Origin: Nitrospirales bacterium
GTDB lineage: Bacteria; Nitrospirota; Nitrospiria; Nitrospirales; UBA8639
Direction of reading: 5' to 3'
Length of the DNA: 64,000 bases
Assembly: GCA_963422365.1 (NCBI GenBank)
Contig: OY729426.1
Coordinates: 1,952,001 to 2,016,000 of the forward strand
Under the pieces are notes generated by a model. That model searched no databases. It worked only from the letters and a program-made list of their open reading frames with translations, and was not told the DNA's origin. Each line of letters starts with the position of its first letter. Within the stretch, counting starts at the first letter, position 1. Both the position numbers and the translations under genes were made by a program. Below, one piece after another: positions 1-9,751 of this stretch.

Positions 1-489
1 GGGCTCACTCGCAACCATTATATCGGCCGAACGTTTATCGAACCCGAACAATCCATTCGACACTTTGGCGTGAAGTTGAAATTAAACGTGGTGCCCGATG
101 TCCTGAAAGGACGTCGGGTGGTGGTAGTGGATGATTCCATTGTCCGTGGCACGACAAGCCGGAAAATCATAAAAATGATCCGTAACGCCGGGGTGAAAGA
201 AGTGCATATGCGCATCAGTTCTCCACCGACGATTGCTCCGTGTTTTTACGGCATTGATACTCCCACCCAAAAAGAACTCATCGGTTCACGCCATTCCATC
301 GAGGAAATCCGCCACTACATCACCGCCGATAGTCTGCGATACTTAAGCTTAGAAGGCATGCTCGACGCAGCCCCAGGGCGAAACGACCATTACTGCCACG
401 CCTGCTTCACCGAACACTATCCCATACCCTTCACCAAAGCCGAAGAACGGCAACTCGGCTTGTTCGATGCGAATTCGGCTAATCGTTAG
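1..489 (+). CDS. purF: amidophosphoribosyltransferase, C-terminal part (starts before the window)
   Basis: Open frame from base 1: [16 protein letters not shown]-binding [20 protein letters not shown]-terminal CHAC Fe-S cysteines. Confidence 0.97.
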   Translation, partial: GLTRNHYIGRTFIEPEQSIRHFGVKLKLNVVPDVLKGRRVVVVDDSIVRGTTSRKIIKMIRNAGVKEVHMRISSPPTIAPCFYGIDTPTQKELIGSRHSIEEIRHYITADSLRYLSLEGMLDAAPGRNDHYCHACFTEHYPIPFTKAEERQLGLFDANSANR

Positions 490-559
490 TTGTTGCCAAG
501 GATGATATCGACAATGCATCGTTCCCGGCAGCCCTTGCCTCTTCGTAGCAACCAGGAAT

Positions 560-1492
560 TCTGTCACCGATTCATCTCTGGCAGCAAACAAAACCTGCAC
601 GAGGAAGAACAGCAACAGCCGCTACAGTAAAAGGAAGTCACCTTTCTTGATTCGATCCTTAACGCTTATCGGGCGAAGAAGGTTGAGCACTTCGCCGTCT
701 TCCATGACAAAAAAGCCGGGCGGCTGTGGGCCGGTCAAATTACCCGTCACCCGCCTGTTTGTGGAAGAGATTATTCTGGAGTGAAAGCATCACTTCGAGT
801 TTGAGATGGGTTGTTTCCCAACATGTTGGACAAGGCGCGTTCTACAAGCATTGACATTGCGCCCCAACACCCCTGCCTGGGTCTTCGACAAGCGGGTGGT
901 GGAGAAGAACCAAGTGGTGCTCCACGACGTGGCATTCATTGAAGTCAAACCGCACGTGAAAGCAGGCAAGAAGAACTAGACCGTGGCAGCGGAACTTACG
1001 GATTTCTCGGTTTTTTCTTCGCAGGACTCAATCGCCAATGCTGAGATAGCCCTCTCGACGAACAAGAAAGCCGACAGCAGGACCGTGGTGGAAAAGGGCT
1101 GGATTGTGAAGGTGTGCAAGGACAAAAATGGCGTCATGAAACGCGAGACGCTGACCCTGCACTGGACGCACTGGATCGGCTACTGGAGCGTGGATTTCGA
1201 CTTCGAGAGCACACGCTAGATCACCCGCGTCCAAAGAGAACTTTCGCGAGATGCGCAAACAATCCTCGAAGGCATGGGCGATGAACAGCAAAATCTGCCA
1301 GTATGGGAAGAGCAGTATACCGGCGACTCCATCTTCGAGAACGAATGGCAGAGTTTCCGCATGAAAAAAGACCGCTCGCTGGAACTCAAAAGCGTAGCCC
1401 ACGAATGCCCGCCAAGCCGCCACAAACTGGCGGTGAAGGTGTTGGACATCTTCGGCAACAACATCATGACGATCATGGAGGTGAGAGTATGA
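560..1492 (+). pseudogene. degraded C-terminal part of a Type III R-M DNA methyltransferase (Mod)
   Basis: Frameshifted fragments with stops, recognisable as this Mod family's C-terminus: ILNAYRA, LPVTRLFVEEIILE, FEFEMG, VFDKR..EKNQVV.HDVAFIEVKP, ELTDFSVF, WIGYWSVDFDFES, FENEWQSFR..KDRSLEL, AVKVLDIFGN. The N-terminal catalytic part is missing. The start is approximate. Confidence 0.8.
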
Positions 1493-4107
1493 AGAATTGG
1501 GATTTCCACGGCGCAAAGTGGTGGAAATTTGACTTTCATACACATACACCTGCATCAGCCGATTTTACAAAGCCGGAAGTTACCTGCGAAGACTGGCTGC
1601 GTGCATATATGGAGAGAGGCATTGATTGTGTAGCGGTCACTGACCATAACTGTGGTAAATGGATTGATGAACTGAAACACACGCTCCGCGATGTGGAAGA
1701 ACAAAATCCTGAATGGTATAGACCTTTCTCTCTGTTTCCAGGCGTCGAAATTTCTGTCAGTGGTGGCGTACATTTGCTCGCCATATTTGATCCAGGAAAA
1801 AAGACAGCGGATATCGATTCATTATTGGGTGCAGTAGCGTATGGTGGAAACAAGGGAAAGAGTGATGCCGAGACCAAAAAGAGCTTGAGTGATGTGATTG
1901 ACGAAATTGTTCAAGCAGACGGTATTGCTATTCCCGCCCATGTGGATAGGAAGAAAGGGCTCTTCAGCTTAAAGGGGATATCACTTGAACAAGTATTGGA
2001 CAATCCTAATATCTACGCGATGGAGTTGTGCAATAAGGATTTTCCCAAGCCTGAGTTGTATAGCTCTAACAAGACTGACTGGACAGAAGTCTGTGGCTCG
2101 GACTTTCATGGCGACCCATCAGGTGTTTTCACCTGGGTAAAGATGGAGGATCCCTCTATTGAGGGGCTTCGCCTTGCCTTGATTGATGGGGATTCGTCGG
2201 TTAACCGGGATATGGACGTAGAGCCAAACCAGTACGCAGAATATGTGATCGAAGAAATCATTGTTGAGAAAGCTAAATATATTGGACGCCCCGAGGCTCT
2301 AACCTGCCAATTCAGCCCTTTTCTGAACACGATCATCGGCGGACGTGGCAGCGGCAAATCCACTTTGCTGGAATTTATGCGTTTAGCCTTGAGACGAACA
2401 CAAGATCTGCCGACTAGACTCAAAGATGACTATCAAGGCTATTTCAGAACAGACGAGGCGGGTGGACTCCTGACTCGAGGTAGCAGTCTGCGCCTTGTCT
2501 ATCGTAAAGGAGATACTCGCTATTGTCTCAACTGGAACGCGACTTCTGCCCCCCCCTCATTAGAAGAGTGGGATGAAGCAGCAGCAGATTGGCAGGAGGT
2601 AGAGGGCGAAATCGAATCGCTGTTTCCGGTCAGTATCTATAGCCAAAAGCAGATTTTTGAATTGGCAAGCGAACCACAAGGGTTGCTGGGGATCATCGAC
2701 AGGGCACCCGAGGTCGAGTTTGACGAATATCACGGGGCATTTCAGGATTGCAGCAACAGTTGCAAGCAAATCATTCAGCAGAAGACTCAACTAACTCAGA
2801 AAATCGACGAAGAAACTAAATTAAAGGGGCAATTGAATGACCTGACACGACAGATTGAACAGGTGGAAAAATCCGGACACAAAGATGCGTTGCAGAAATA
2901 TCGATTACGTCAACAGCAGTTAACTGAGATTAAGTATGTTGAGCAACACTGGGAAGGGTTTTGGGATGGCATGCGCGAGGTGCTCGCCGAGGCAGATGTG
3001 GCAGCAGTTGATAAGAATTTTTTTACCCAACACCCAGAGATATTGACTTCGTTGCAAGGCCAACAACATCAATGGCGAGAGCAGATCAACCAAATACGCA
3101 AGATTGTCGAAAAGCAGGGAGAAGACCTGAATCAATGGCAGACCGAAAAGCAGAAGCAGACTTGGATGAAAGTACTCAATCGGGATTTGCAACAGTACGA
3201 GCAGTTACGCGCTCAGTTGGAGCAACAAGAAATTGATCCGCAAGCCTATCCCAATTTATTGCAAAAATATTCGTGGGTAGAGAAAGAACTCCAACAAATA
3301 GCAGACTATAAGGCGCAAAGAGATAGATTAACAAAACAATGCCGGGCGAAATGTTCAGATGCCAAACGCCACAGGGAGGAATTGACGGAACGAAGAAGAT
3401 GTTTCCTCAGACGTGTTTTGGAGGGCAATGAATCAGTCAAGATAACCGTTCAACCTTTTGCCGAGCCCTGGGCGGATATAGAGAAAACAATCAGGGAAAT
3501 ATTGCAGGTAGGGGATCGTTTTGACAGAGACATTGAGGCACTGAAACAGGTCATTGACGAAAAAGGATGGGAGCCAGCAAAGCAAAGAATATTCGATATT
3601 CGAGGAGGTAAGGACCCTGCCAAAGACTCACGCTTTCAAAGCCATTTACAAGGCTTGCCCAACGAATCGTTACTAGATCTGCGGCTGTGGTTTCCTGAAG
3701 ATGCCTTGCAAATCACCTACGGGGAAAATGGCAAAAGGATCCATGAAGGCTCTCCGGGGCAAAAATCTGCGGCGTTGTTGGCATTTATCCTTGCCCATGG
3801 TGATGAACCTCTCCTGCTTGACCAGCCAGAGGATGATTTGGACAACGACCTTATTTATAGTTTGATCGTGCAGACCATGAGAGCCACTAAAACCAAACGG
3901 CAAATTATTGTTGTGACCCACAATGCCAATATCGTGGTCAATGGTCATTCTGAAATGGTGCACTGTTTGAATGTGGCGAACGGACAATCGCACGTGACAT
4001 CTAAAAGCCTCCAATCCGAAGCCATCAGGAAGCGCATTTGCGATACGATGGAAGGCGGTAGCAAAGCCTTTGAGCAACGCTACAAGCGCATCCATCTAGA
4101 GAGTTAG
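1489..4107 (+). CDS. PHP-domain + ABC/SMC-like ATPase (TrlF family, Ppl-like anti-phage protein), 872 aa
   Basis: PHP motifs DFHTHT, AVTDHN, PGVEI, IPAH, GSDFH; Walker A GGRGSGKST; long coiled coil; signature SPGQ; Walker B LLLDQPEDDLD; H-loop VTHN. ATG at 1489 overlaps the mod stop (ATGA). Confidence 0.88.
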   Translation: MKNWDFHGAKWWKFDFHTHTPASADFTKPEVTCEDWLRAYMERGIDCVAVTDHNCGKWIDELKHTLRDVEEQNPEWYRPFSLFPGVEISVSGGVHLLAIFDPGKKTADIDSLLGAVAYGGNKGKSDAETKKSLSDVIDEIVQADGIAIPAHVDRKKGLFSLKGISLEQVLDNPNIYAMELCNKDFPKPELYSSNKTDWTEVCGSDFHGDPSGVFTWVKMEDPSIEGLRLALIDGDSSVNRDMDVEPNQYAEYVIEEIIVEKAKYIGRPEALTCQFSPFLNTIIGGRGSGKSTLLEFMRLALRRTQDLPTRLKDDYQGYFRTDEAGGLLTRGSSLRLVYRKGDTRYCLNWNATSAPPSLEEWDEAAADWQEVEGEIESLFPVSIYSQKQIFELASEPQGLLGIIDRAPEVEFDEYHGAFQDCSNSCKQIIQQKTQLTQKIDEETKLKGQLNDLTRQIEQVEKSGHKDALQKYRLRQQQLTEIKYVEQHWEGFWDGMREVLAEADVAAVDKNFFTQHPEILTSLQGQQHQWREQINQIRKIVEKQGEDLNQWQTEKQKQTWMKVLNRDLQQYEQLRAQLEQQEIDPQAYPNLLQKYSWVEKELQQIADYKAQRDRLTKQCRAKCSDAKRHREELTERRRCFLRRVLEGNESVKITVQPFAEPWADIEKTIREILQVGDRFDRDIEALKQVIDEKGWEPAKQRIFDIRGGKDPAKDSRFQSHLQGLPNESLLDLRLWFPEDALQITYGENGKRIHEGSPGQKSAALLAFILAHGDEPLLLDQPEDDLDNDLIYSLIVQTMRATKTKRQIIVVTHNANIVVNGHSEMVHCLNVANGQSHVTSKSLQSEAIRKRICDTMEGGSKAFEQRYKRIHLES

Positions 4108-4109
4108 CC

Positions 4110-5351
4110 ATGCTTAATGTCGCACAGATTATAGAAAAGATACGCATCGGTGAAAATTCAGGAATTGAATTCAAGGAAGCCCGCATCAGCAATGATAAAG
4201 TAATGGTGCCTCATCGTGATAATTTGTCGGATGAGTTGGCAGCGTTTGCCAATCACTCCGGTGGTATCATTATTTTTGGCGTTGCGGATAAGACCCGACA
4301 GATTGTCGGCGTTGATCCCTCAAACGTCAGTACGCTGGTCAGCTACATTAGCGAAATTTGCTGCGATTCCGTTGCTCCCCCCATCGTGTATTTTTATGTG
4401 GATAGCGTTCAGGTGACGGATGAAGCAGGTAAAGAAAAGCATCTGGTTTATGTGCAAGTTGAAAGAAGTCTTTGGCTCCATAAAAGCAAAAACGGCTATT
4501 TTTACCGGCATGGGAATAGCAAAAGAGAAATGAGCTCTGAGCATCTGCTGCGGGTAGGGCAAAGCCGCTCACAAGTACGTATTGTTCTCTTTGATGAGCA
4601 GGCCGTCCCCAATACCAGCCAAGACACTCTGCAAAAAGATCTGTACATGCGGTTTGTCGCTGACGACAAGCCGTCATCACTGTGCAAACGCCGACTGCTG
4701 GTGTCACACAACGATAATTTTCATGCAACCGTTGCCGGGGTTTTGATGTGTAGCCCCACGCCCGATGAGCATCTCTACAACAGTTACATTCAAGCAGTTT
4801 CTTACAGCGGTCAAACCAAGGATGCTAATTATCAGATTGATGCGAAGGATTATCGCGGTCCTTTGGATAAACAAATCATTGGGGCCTATCATTTTGTCAA
4901 CCAACACAACCGGATTTCGGCAAAAAAAGAGATGGGCAGAGAAGAAAAACCACAGTACAGCATGAAAGCCGTGTTCGAAGCATTCGTGAATGCGGTTGTA
5001 CACAGGGATTATTCCATACACGGCTCCAAAATCCGCTTATTCATGTTTACTGATCGGCTTGAGCTATATTCGCCTGGAGCACTTGCCAACACGTTAACGA
5101 TTGACAACTTGATTGATAACCAGTTTACGCGCAATGAATTACTGTCTCGTCTGCTGTCTGATTCGTCAATAGATGATGAAATAGGTCATGCCGTGAACCG
5201 AAGATATTTTTTGGAACGTCGTGGCGAAGGTGTCGGTATTATCCTCAATGAGAGTGAGAAACTTAGTGGCAAGCGACCAGTGTATGAACTACTTGGCGGA
5301 GAGCTGAAATTGACCATTCATGCCGCAAAATCATTGCAGAAATCCGATTAG
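4110..5351 (+). CDS. Schlafen/AlbA_2-domain protein with C-terminal HATPase_c_4-like domain
   Basis: N-terminal ENSGIEFKE and LAAFANHSGG.IIFGV (AlbA_2); C-terminal EAFVNAVVHRDYS, DRLELYSPG, RNELL, ERRGEGV. Confidence 0.85.
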   Translation: MLNVAQIIEKIRIGENSGIEFKEARISNDKVMVPHRDNLSDELAAFANHSGGIIIFGVADKTRQIVGVDPSNVSTLVSYISEICCDSVAPPIVYFYVDSVQVTDEAGKEKHLVYVQVERSLWLHKSKNGYFYRHGNSKREMSSEHLLRVGQSRSQVRIVLFDEQAVPNTSQDTLQKDLYMRFVADDKPSSLCKRRLLVSHNDNFHATVAGVLMCSPTPDEHLYNSYIQAVSYSGQTKDANYQIDAKDYRGPLDKQIIGAYHFVNQHNRISAKKEMGREEKPQYSMKAVFEAFVNAVVHRDYSIHGSKIRLFMFTDRLELYSPGALANTLTIDNLIDNQFTRNELLSRLLSDSSIDDEIGHAVNRRYFLERRGEGVGIILNESEKLSGKRPVYELLGGELKLTIHAAKSLQKSD

Positions 5352-6700
5352 TGCCCCTCCACCCCGACTTCCCCATTCTCCCCACGCCGCACTAAACCCC
5401 GATGTACGCTGGTTTCCAGCCAATGAAGCCCTGCGTGAGACAACGATGGATAAACTCATGCCACCACTGGTGGCTGTCCTCCGCCGGAAGGTGAAGGAAT
5501 TTCGCGATAGCGGCTATGCGGGTGCGTCCACACTAGTCGCAGCTTGCTTAACGGGTGGTCCAAGAAACCACACTTGCTGGAGCAAGCCGATGACAGTGTG
5601 GCGGAGTTCCGCTATTTCTTCTCCCAGAGAGAGGCCATAGAGACAATTGTCTATCTCTACGACGCGGTCGGCGCGAAAGACAATAGGACTTGATGTGCTT
5701 CGACAGTAGCGGGGTGGTGTCGGCGGAAATGTTTGATGAAACTTGGCGGCGTTCTGTCATCAAGATGGCGACCGGTAGCGGCAAGACCAGGGTGATGAGC
5801 TTGGCGTTGGCGTGGAATTTTCTACCACAAGCTTTATGAGCCGGAGTCGGAGCTGTCACGCGACGTTCTGGTAATTGCGTCCGGCATCATCATCCTGGAT
5901 CGCCTGTATCGGTATTTTCAGGGCTTGCGGATTTTTTCGCCGACCCGGTCATTTCCGACAACGGCTTTCACGGTCACAACTGGCAAGACGGTTTTCAGTT
6001 GACCCTGCACAAACAGGACGAAGTGCGGGTGACACACCCAACGGGGAACATCTTCCTGACCAATATGCACCGGGTGTATTCCGGTGAGGACCTCCCCCGT
6101 CACTCGACGACGAGAACACGATGGATTACTTCCTCGACAAGCGACCCATGGGAGCCACAACGGATTCCAAGGTCGATGTGTGTTGGGCACGGATGCTTTC
6201 ATGGATTTCGTCGAGTCCATACAGGCGCGGGCGTGGAGTTGGAACGCAAGGCCATGGGTAAAGGCACCGGACCGAAAACGCCAGTAGTGGTAGAGATTGA
6301 TAAGAATAATAAGCAGAAAGATAGAGATGCTCTGGACATTGAGAGTCCGGTGCTGACGCCGCGTGTTTATCGGGAATACAAGAATCCGGCCGATCTTGAT
6401 GTCGCGACGCTGGAAGTCCAAACGGTTAACTCCCGACAATTCAGCGAGGAAGATCAGTGCGAGATCGTATTCAAGGACATCACCACCGGCGAAGTGACCC
6501 ATATGACCGTATTGGATGGCGCGGGAGTTGCTGACTACCACAGCATGATCGGCTACTTCGCACAGACGGTAATGAGGAACGGCGACTGGTGAGCAGTTAC
6601 GATGTGCTCTACGGTAAAATCAAGGGCTCTGTGCGGGATGAGTTATATGGGGAGACGGTTGAACTTGAATCCCCGAACACACTTCGCAATCTTTCCAGGC
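5351..6700 (+). pseudogene. degraded Type III restriction endonuclease (Res, DEAD/DEAH helicase)
   Basis: GTG at 5351, then frameshifted fragments PLHPDFP/HSPH..PDVRWFP, REAIETIVYLYD, Walker A KMATGSGKT, IFLTN.HRVY. An apparent internal deletion jumps to GTDAFMDFVESIQ, PRVYREYKN, IVFKDITTGEVTH, YDVLYGK. The end is approximate. Confidence 0.82.
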
Positions 6701-6903
6701 GTGCAGCGACGTGGTGTCGTACGCGAAGAACTACCTGGCGGTGAATTTCAAATTATGTCTCCATCTCAAAGAGTTAAGAGATAACAGAGTCTCCCGCTTT
6801 TATCTGAATTGCCCATCTGAAAAATCGTGTGGTAAGATCCAAAAGTTGTTTGAGGTCTGTCGGTGTCTACCTTGACCGCTTCTTACTAAATTGGAGGATG
6901 CCA

Positions 6904-7449
6904 ATGAAACGCCAATGCTCTCTCTTTATACTCGTTACGTTTTTTCTCACCATGCTGACGACGGCCTGGGCTGGTGGATTTTTTAAGGTCGGGGAGTCGG
7001 CCCCAACCTTCTCGCTTACCTCAGTCACAGGGGAAACCGTCTCGCTGCAAGACTTCCAAGGCAAAGTAGTGGTGCTTGGACTTTTTCACATTTGCGAACC
7101 CTGCCGCATTCAAGGTACGAATTTACAAAAAGTGCATGACGCCACGCGCGGACAAAACGTCGCGGTGATCGGCGTGAACTCCTCAGGCGATTCCCAAGCC
7201 GACGTGCTAGAATTTCTCAGCGTCTTTCCCGTGAACATCACGTATCCCTATCTCACGGATCCAGACCAAATGACCGATAAATTATATGGCGGCGGACGCT
7301 TTATTCCGAACGTCTATATTCTGGATCAAAATGGCGTGATTCGATGGCAACAAGTCGGCAACATGGATTTGGCGAATCATACGGCGATCCTGGATGAGGT
7401 GAATAAATTATTGGCCGGTGAGCCATCATCCGGATCGACCGACTTATAA
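6904..7449 (+). CDS. exported TlpA/redoxin (AhpC-TSA fold) thiol-disulfide oxidoreductase
   Basis: Signal peptide (..TTAWA), APTFSL, CxxC (CEPC), IPNVYILDQNGVIR; GGAGG RBS at 6893-6897. Confidence 0.85.
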   Translation: MKRQCSLFILVTFFLTMLTTAWAGGFFKVGESAPTFSLTSVTGETVSLQDFQGKVVVLGLFHICEPCRIQGTNLQKVHDATRGQNVAVIGVNSSGDSQADVLEFLSVFPVNITYPYLTDPDQMTDKLYGGGRFIPNVYILDQNGVIRWQQVGNMDLANHTAILDEVNKLLAGEPSSGSTDL

Positions 7450-7579
7450 TTGTACTGGCATGTTTTCAGGCCGTATCAGATGCCGCGGTTCAAGACGGTT
7501 CTTCCGATGAAGCAGTATAAGCTGCAGCAGCTACAATTATTGCGTTCCTGTATGGAAGTGAAAGGATTCAAGAAACGAA

Positions 7580-7819
7580 ATGGATGAGTTTGAAGAGGGG
7601 AAAGCCAAGCTCCTTGAACTGGTGAGAGGCATCGCGAGCGCGGTCGAGGTGGTCATTCCGGTTACTCCTTCCCAGGGCCGGTTTTTGATTTCTCTTACCA
7701 AAGGGGCCAATCGAAAATTTATCACGGTGCCGGAAGACGATATTCTTGATCTGCCTTTGGAAGAAGACATTCTTTCCAAAACAACGGCCCTGCTCCAGGA
7801 GACGATTGCCGAGCTATGA
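7580..7819 (+). CDS. hypothetical protein (79 aa)
   Basis: Protein-like composition; stop overlaps the next ATG (ATGA). Confidence 0.7.
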   Translation: MDEFEEGKAKLLELVRGIASAVEVVIPVTPSQGRFLISLTKGANRKFITVPEDDILDLPLEEDILSKTTALLQETIAEL

Positions 7820-8409
7820 AGCCGATTCTCCCTGGAGTCGCCACGTGGTCGTGGTTTTCTGAAGAAAAACAGATTAATTTTAACGGTCATTTATTGGACA
7901 TCGGCGAACATCGAATTCTGGTTGATCCGCCGCCTCTCTCGGATTCCGATTTGGCGCAGCTCGGCGCTGCCGGTCAAATTGATTACATCCTTCTCACCAA
8001 TCGAGATCACGTGCGTGAAGCCGCAACGTACAAGGAGATGGTGAACACGCGGGTGTACGTCCCGGAAAAAGACGCGTCGGAAATACCGGTGACTCCCGAC
8101 AAAACCTTTGTTGACGGCGAACTCCTACCCGGCGGGATTTGGGTCGTGCAACTCTCCAATCAAAAGTCACCTGGTGAGTCGGCCTTGTTTATCCAACAAG
8201 GACAGGGCATCCTGATTGTCGGTGATGCCTTGCTTGGCAAACCTGAAGGGTCGGTGAGTATGCTGCCCGCTGAAAAATATGCTGATCCCGCCACGGCACG
8301 TGAAGGGTTGCGCCGATTGCTGAAGTATCATTTTGATTCGCTCCTGGTCGGTGACGGGAGTTCCATCTTGACCGGCGCCAAAGCGGTCGTTGAGCAGGCG
8401 TTGCAATAA
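7816..8409 (+). CDS. metallo-beta-lactamase-fold protein with atypical metal motif
   Basis: ILVDPP, ILLTNRDH (variant of HxHxDH), SPGE, LIVGDAL, LLVGDG. Confidence 0.8.
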   Translation: MKPILPGVATWSWFSEEKQINFNGHLLDIGEHRILVDPPPLSDSDLAQLGAAGQIDYILLTNRDHVREAATYKEMVNTRVYVPEKDASEIPVTPDKTFVDGELLPGGIWVVQLSNQKSPGESALFIQQGQGILIVGDALLGKPEGSVSMLPAEKYADPATAREGLRRLLKYHFDSLLVGDGSSILTGAKAVVEQALQ

Positions 8410-8451
8410 GCGATGACTGTTTCCTTCCTTGTCTAGATTCATGATTCAGCC

Positions 8452-9288
8452 GTGACCATCTACATGCAACCGTCTCATTCGGCTCAACTCAATCAACAAG
8501 GTAATGCGCACTTTTCCCGAGGGTTCTACACGGAAGCCTACCAGTGTTATGCCAGGGCGTTGGAAGCTGATCGAAAAAGCGGCGATCCCAGGACACTCGC
8601 TGCGACATTGGGAAATCTTGGGAATATCTGTGCCGTAAGTGGTAAACGCCAACAGGCTCAAGAACATTATCAAGAGGTCTTGGAATTGCAGAAGACAATC
8701 GGGGACAATCGCGGGATTAGCGCAACACTTGCCAACCTCGGCAATTTGCATGTAGACGCCGGCGAATGGGAACGAGGCCGCGCTTACTATCTTGAGGCCT
8801 TGGACGGCATGGAGCTTTTTCAAGACGATGCGGCCAAGGCGGTCTTGCTCTCTGATTTAGGGTTAGTGGCAAAGGAAACTCGACACTTTGTGCAAGCCAG
8901 GGACTATTACTCGGAGTCGATTCCCTTAATGCAGCGAGTCGGAAATCACGCGGGTCAGGCCGACGTGTTTAAGATGATGGCGCGGATGTACGTGGCATGG
9001 GAACGTTATGATGATGCCATAGCCTGTGCGCAAACAAGCCTGGCCATTGCGGAGCGGCTTCATGATGAATTACGTATGGGTGGAGCTTGGTACGTGATGG
9101 CCGATTGCCATAACGCAAAGGGCGATGAGGATCAGGAAGCCCACTTCCTTCATCGCGTGGTTCGCGTGGATCGTAAATACGGTTTGCCCAAACTTGAAGA
9201 AAACACCAAGCGGCTTGAAGCGCTTCTGACTCGGCTGACGAGTAAACGTGCACAATCAATGGCCAGAGGCAAGGTGCCTCATGATTGA
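8452..9288 (+). CDS. tetratricopeptide repeat protein
   Basis: Repeated TPR units such as ATLGNLGNI, ATLANLGNL, AVLLSDLGLV with A..YY..AL. The start may be ATG 8464. Confidence 0.9.
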   Translation: MTIYMQPSHSAQLNQQGNAHFSRGFYTEAYQCYARALEADRKSGDPRTLAATLGNLGNICAVSGKRQQAQEHYQEVLELQKTIGDNRGISATLANLGNLHVDAGEWERGRAYYLEALDGMELFQDDAAKAVLLSDLGLVAKETRHFVQARDYYSESIPLMQRVGNHAGQADVFKMMARMYVAWERYDDAIACAQTSLAIAERLHDELRMGGAWYVMADCHNAKGDEDQEAHFLHRVVRVDRKYGLPKLEENTKRLEALLTRLTSKRAQSMARGKVPHD

Positions 9289-9715
9289 CGGATCTTGCCA
9301 GGGATGGCAACAAGTCCAAGACCATCTGAAGAAAACCACCCCAAACTTTGTACAATATCAACCCGGTGGCGCGTTAACCCTTGAATTGGATGATCAAGAT
9401 TGGCAACTCGAAATTACACCAGCCGGCTTCCTTGTTTGTCAGGCGGGGTATGCGCTGGAAGACATGCAGAGCCTGCTATCTGATGGCACGGCCGAAGATC
9501 TGGGAAGCGATGAATTGGCCAAACAAGCCAAGTTTTACATTCAACAGGTTGTCTCGAAATATCGTAATCATCTCATAAAGGACGGCTTTAGCGAACGCAT
9601 CGAAATGAATGATGAGTACGTTGCGGTGTTTTTCGAGCGTCCGGTGGATTTCGACAATCTGTCGCAACTTGAACAAGTGATCACACGATATCGACAGCAG
9701 TTTGCTGCCACCTGA
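9281..9715 (+). CDS. hypothetical protein
   Basis: ATG at 9281 overlaps the end of the TPR gene; 144-aa open frame with acidic, protein-like composition. Confidence 0.75.
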   Translation: MIDGSCQGWQQVQDHLKKTTPNFVQYQPGGALTLELDDQDWQLEITPAGFLVCQAGYALEDMQSLLSDGTAEDLGSDELAKQAKFYIQQVVSKYRNHLIKDGFSERIEMNDEYVAVFFERPVDFDNLSQLEQVITRYRQQFAAT

Positions 9716-9751
9716 AATATTCCTCATCTCAGTCTCAAAAGGGATTTTTTC

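Noticed and set aside
1303..1488. 62-aa N-terminal extension of the 934-aa ORF
   Set aside because: It overlaps the mod remnant in another frame; the PHP protein plausibly starts at ATG 1489.
1028..1555. 175-aa minus-strand ORF, and the many other antisense or alternate-frame ORFs in the track
   Set aside because: They are shadows of recognisable genes or pseudogenes and show no motifs of their own.
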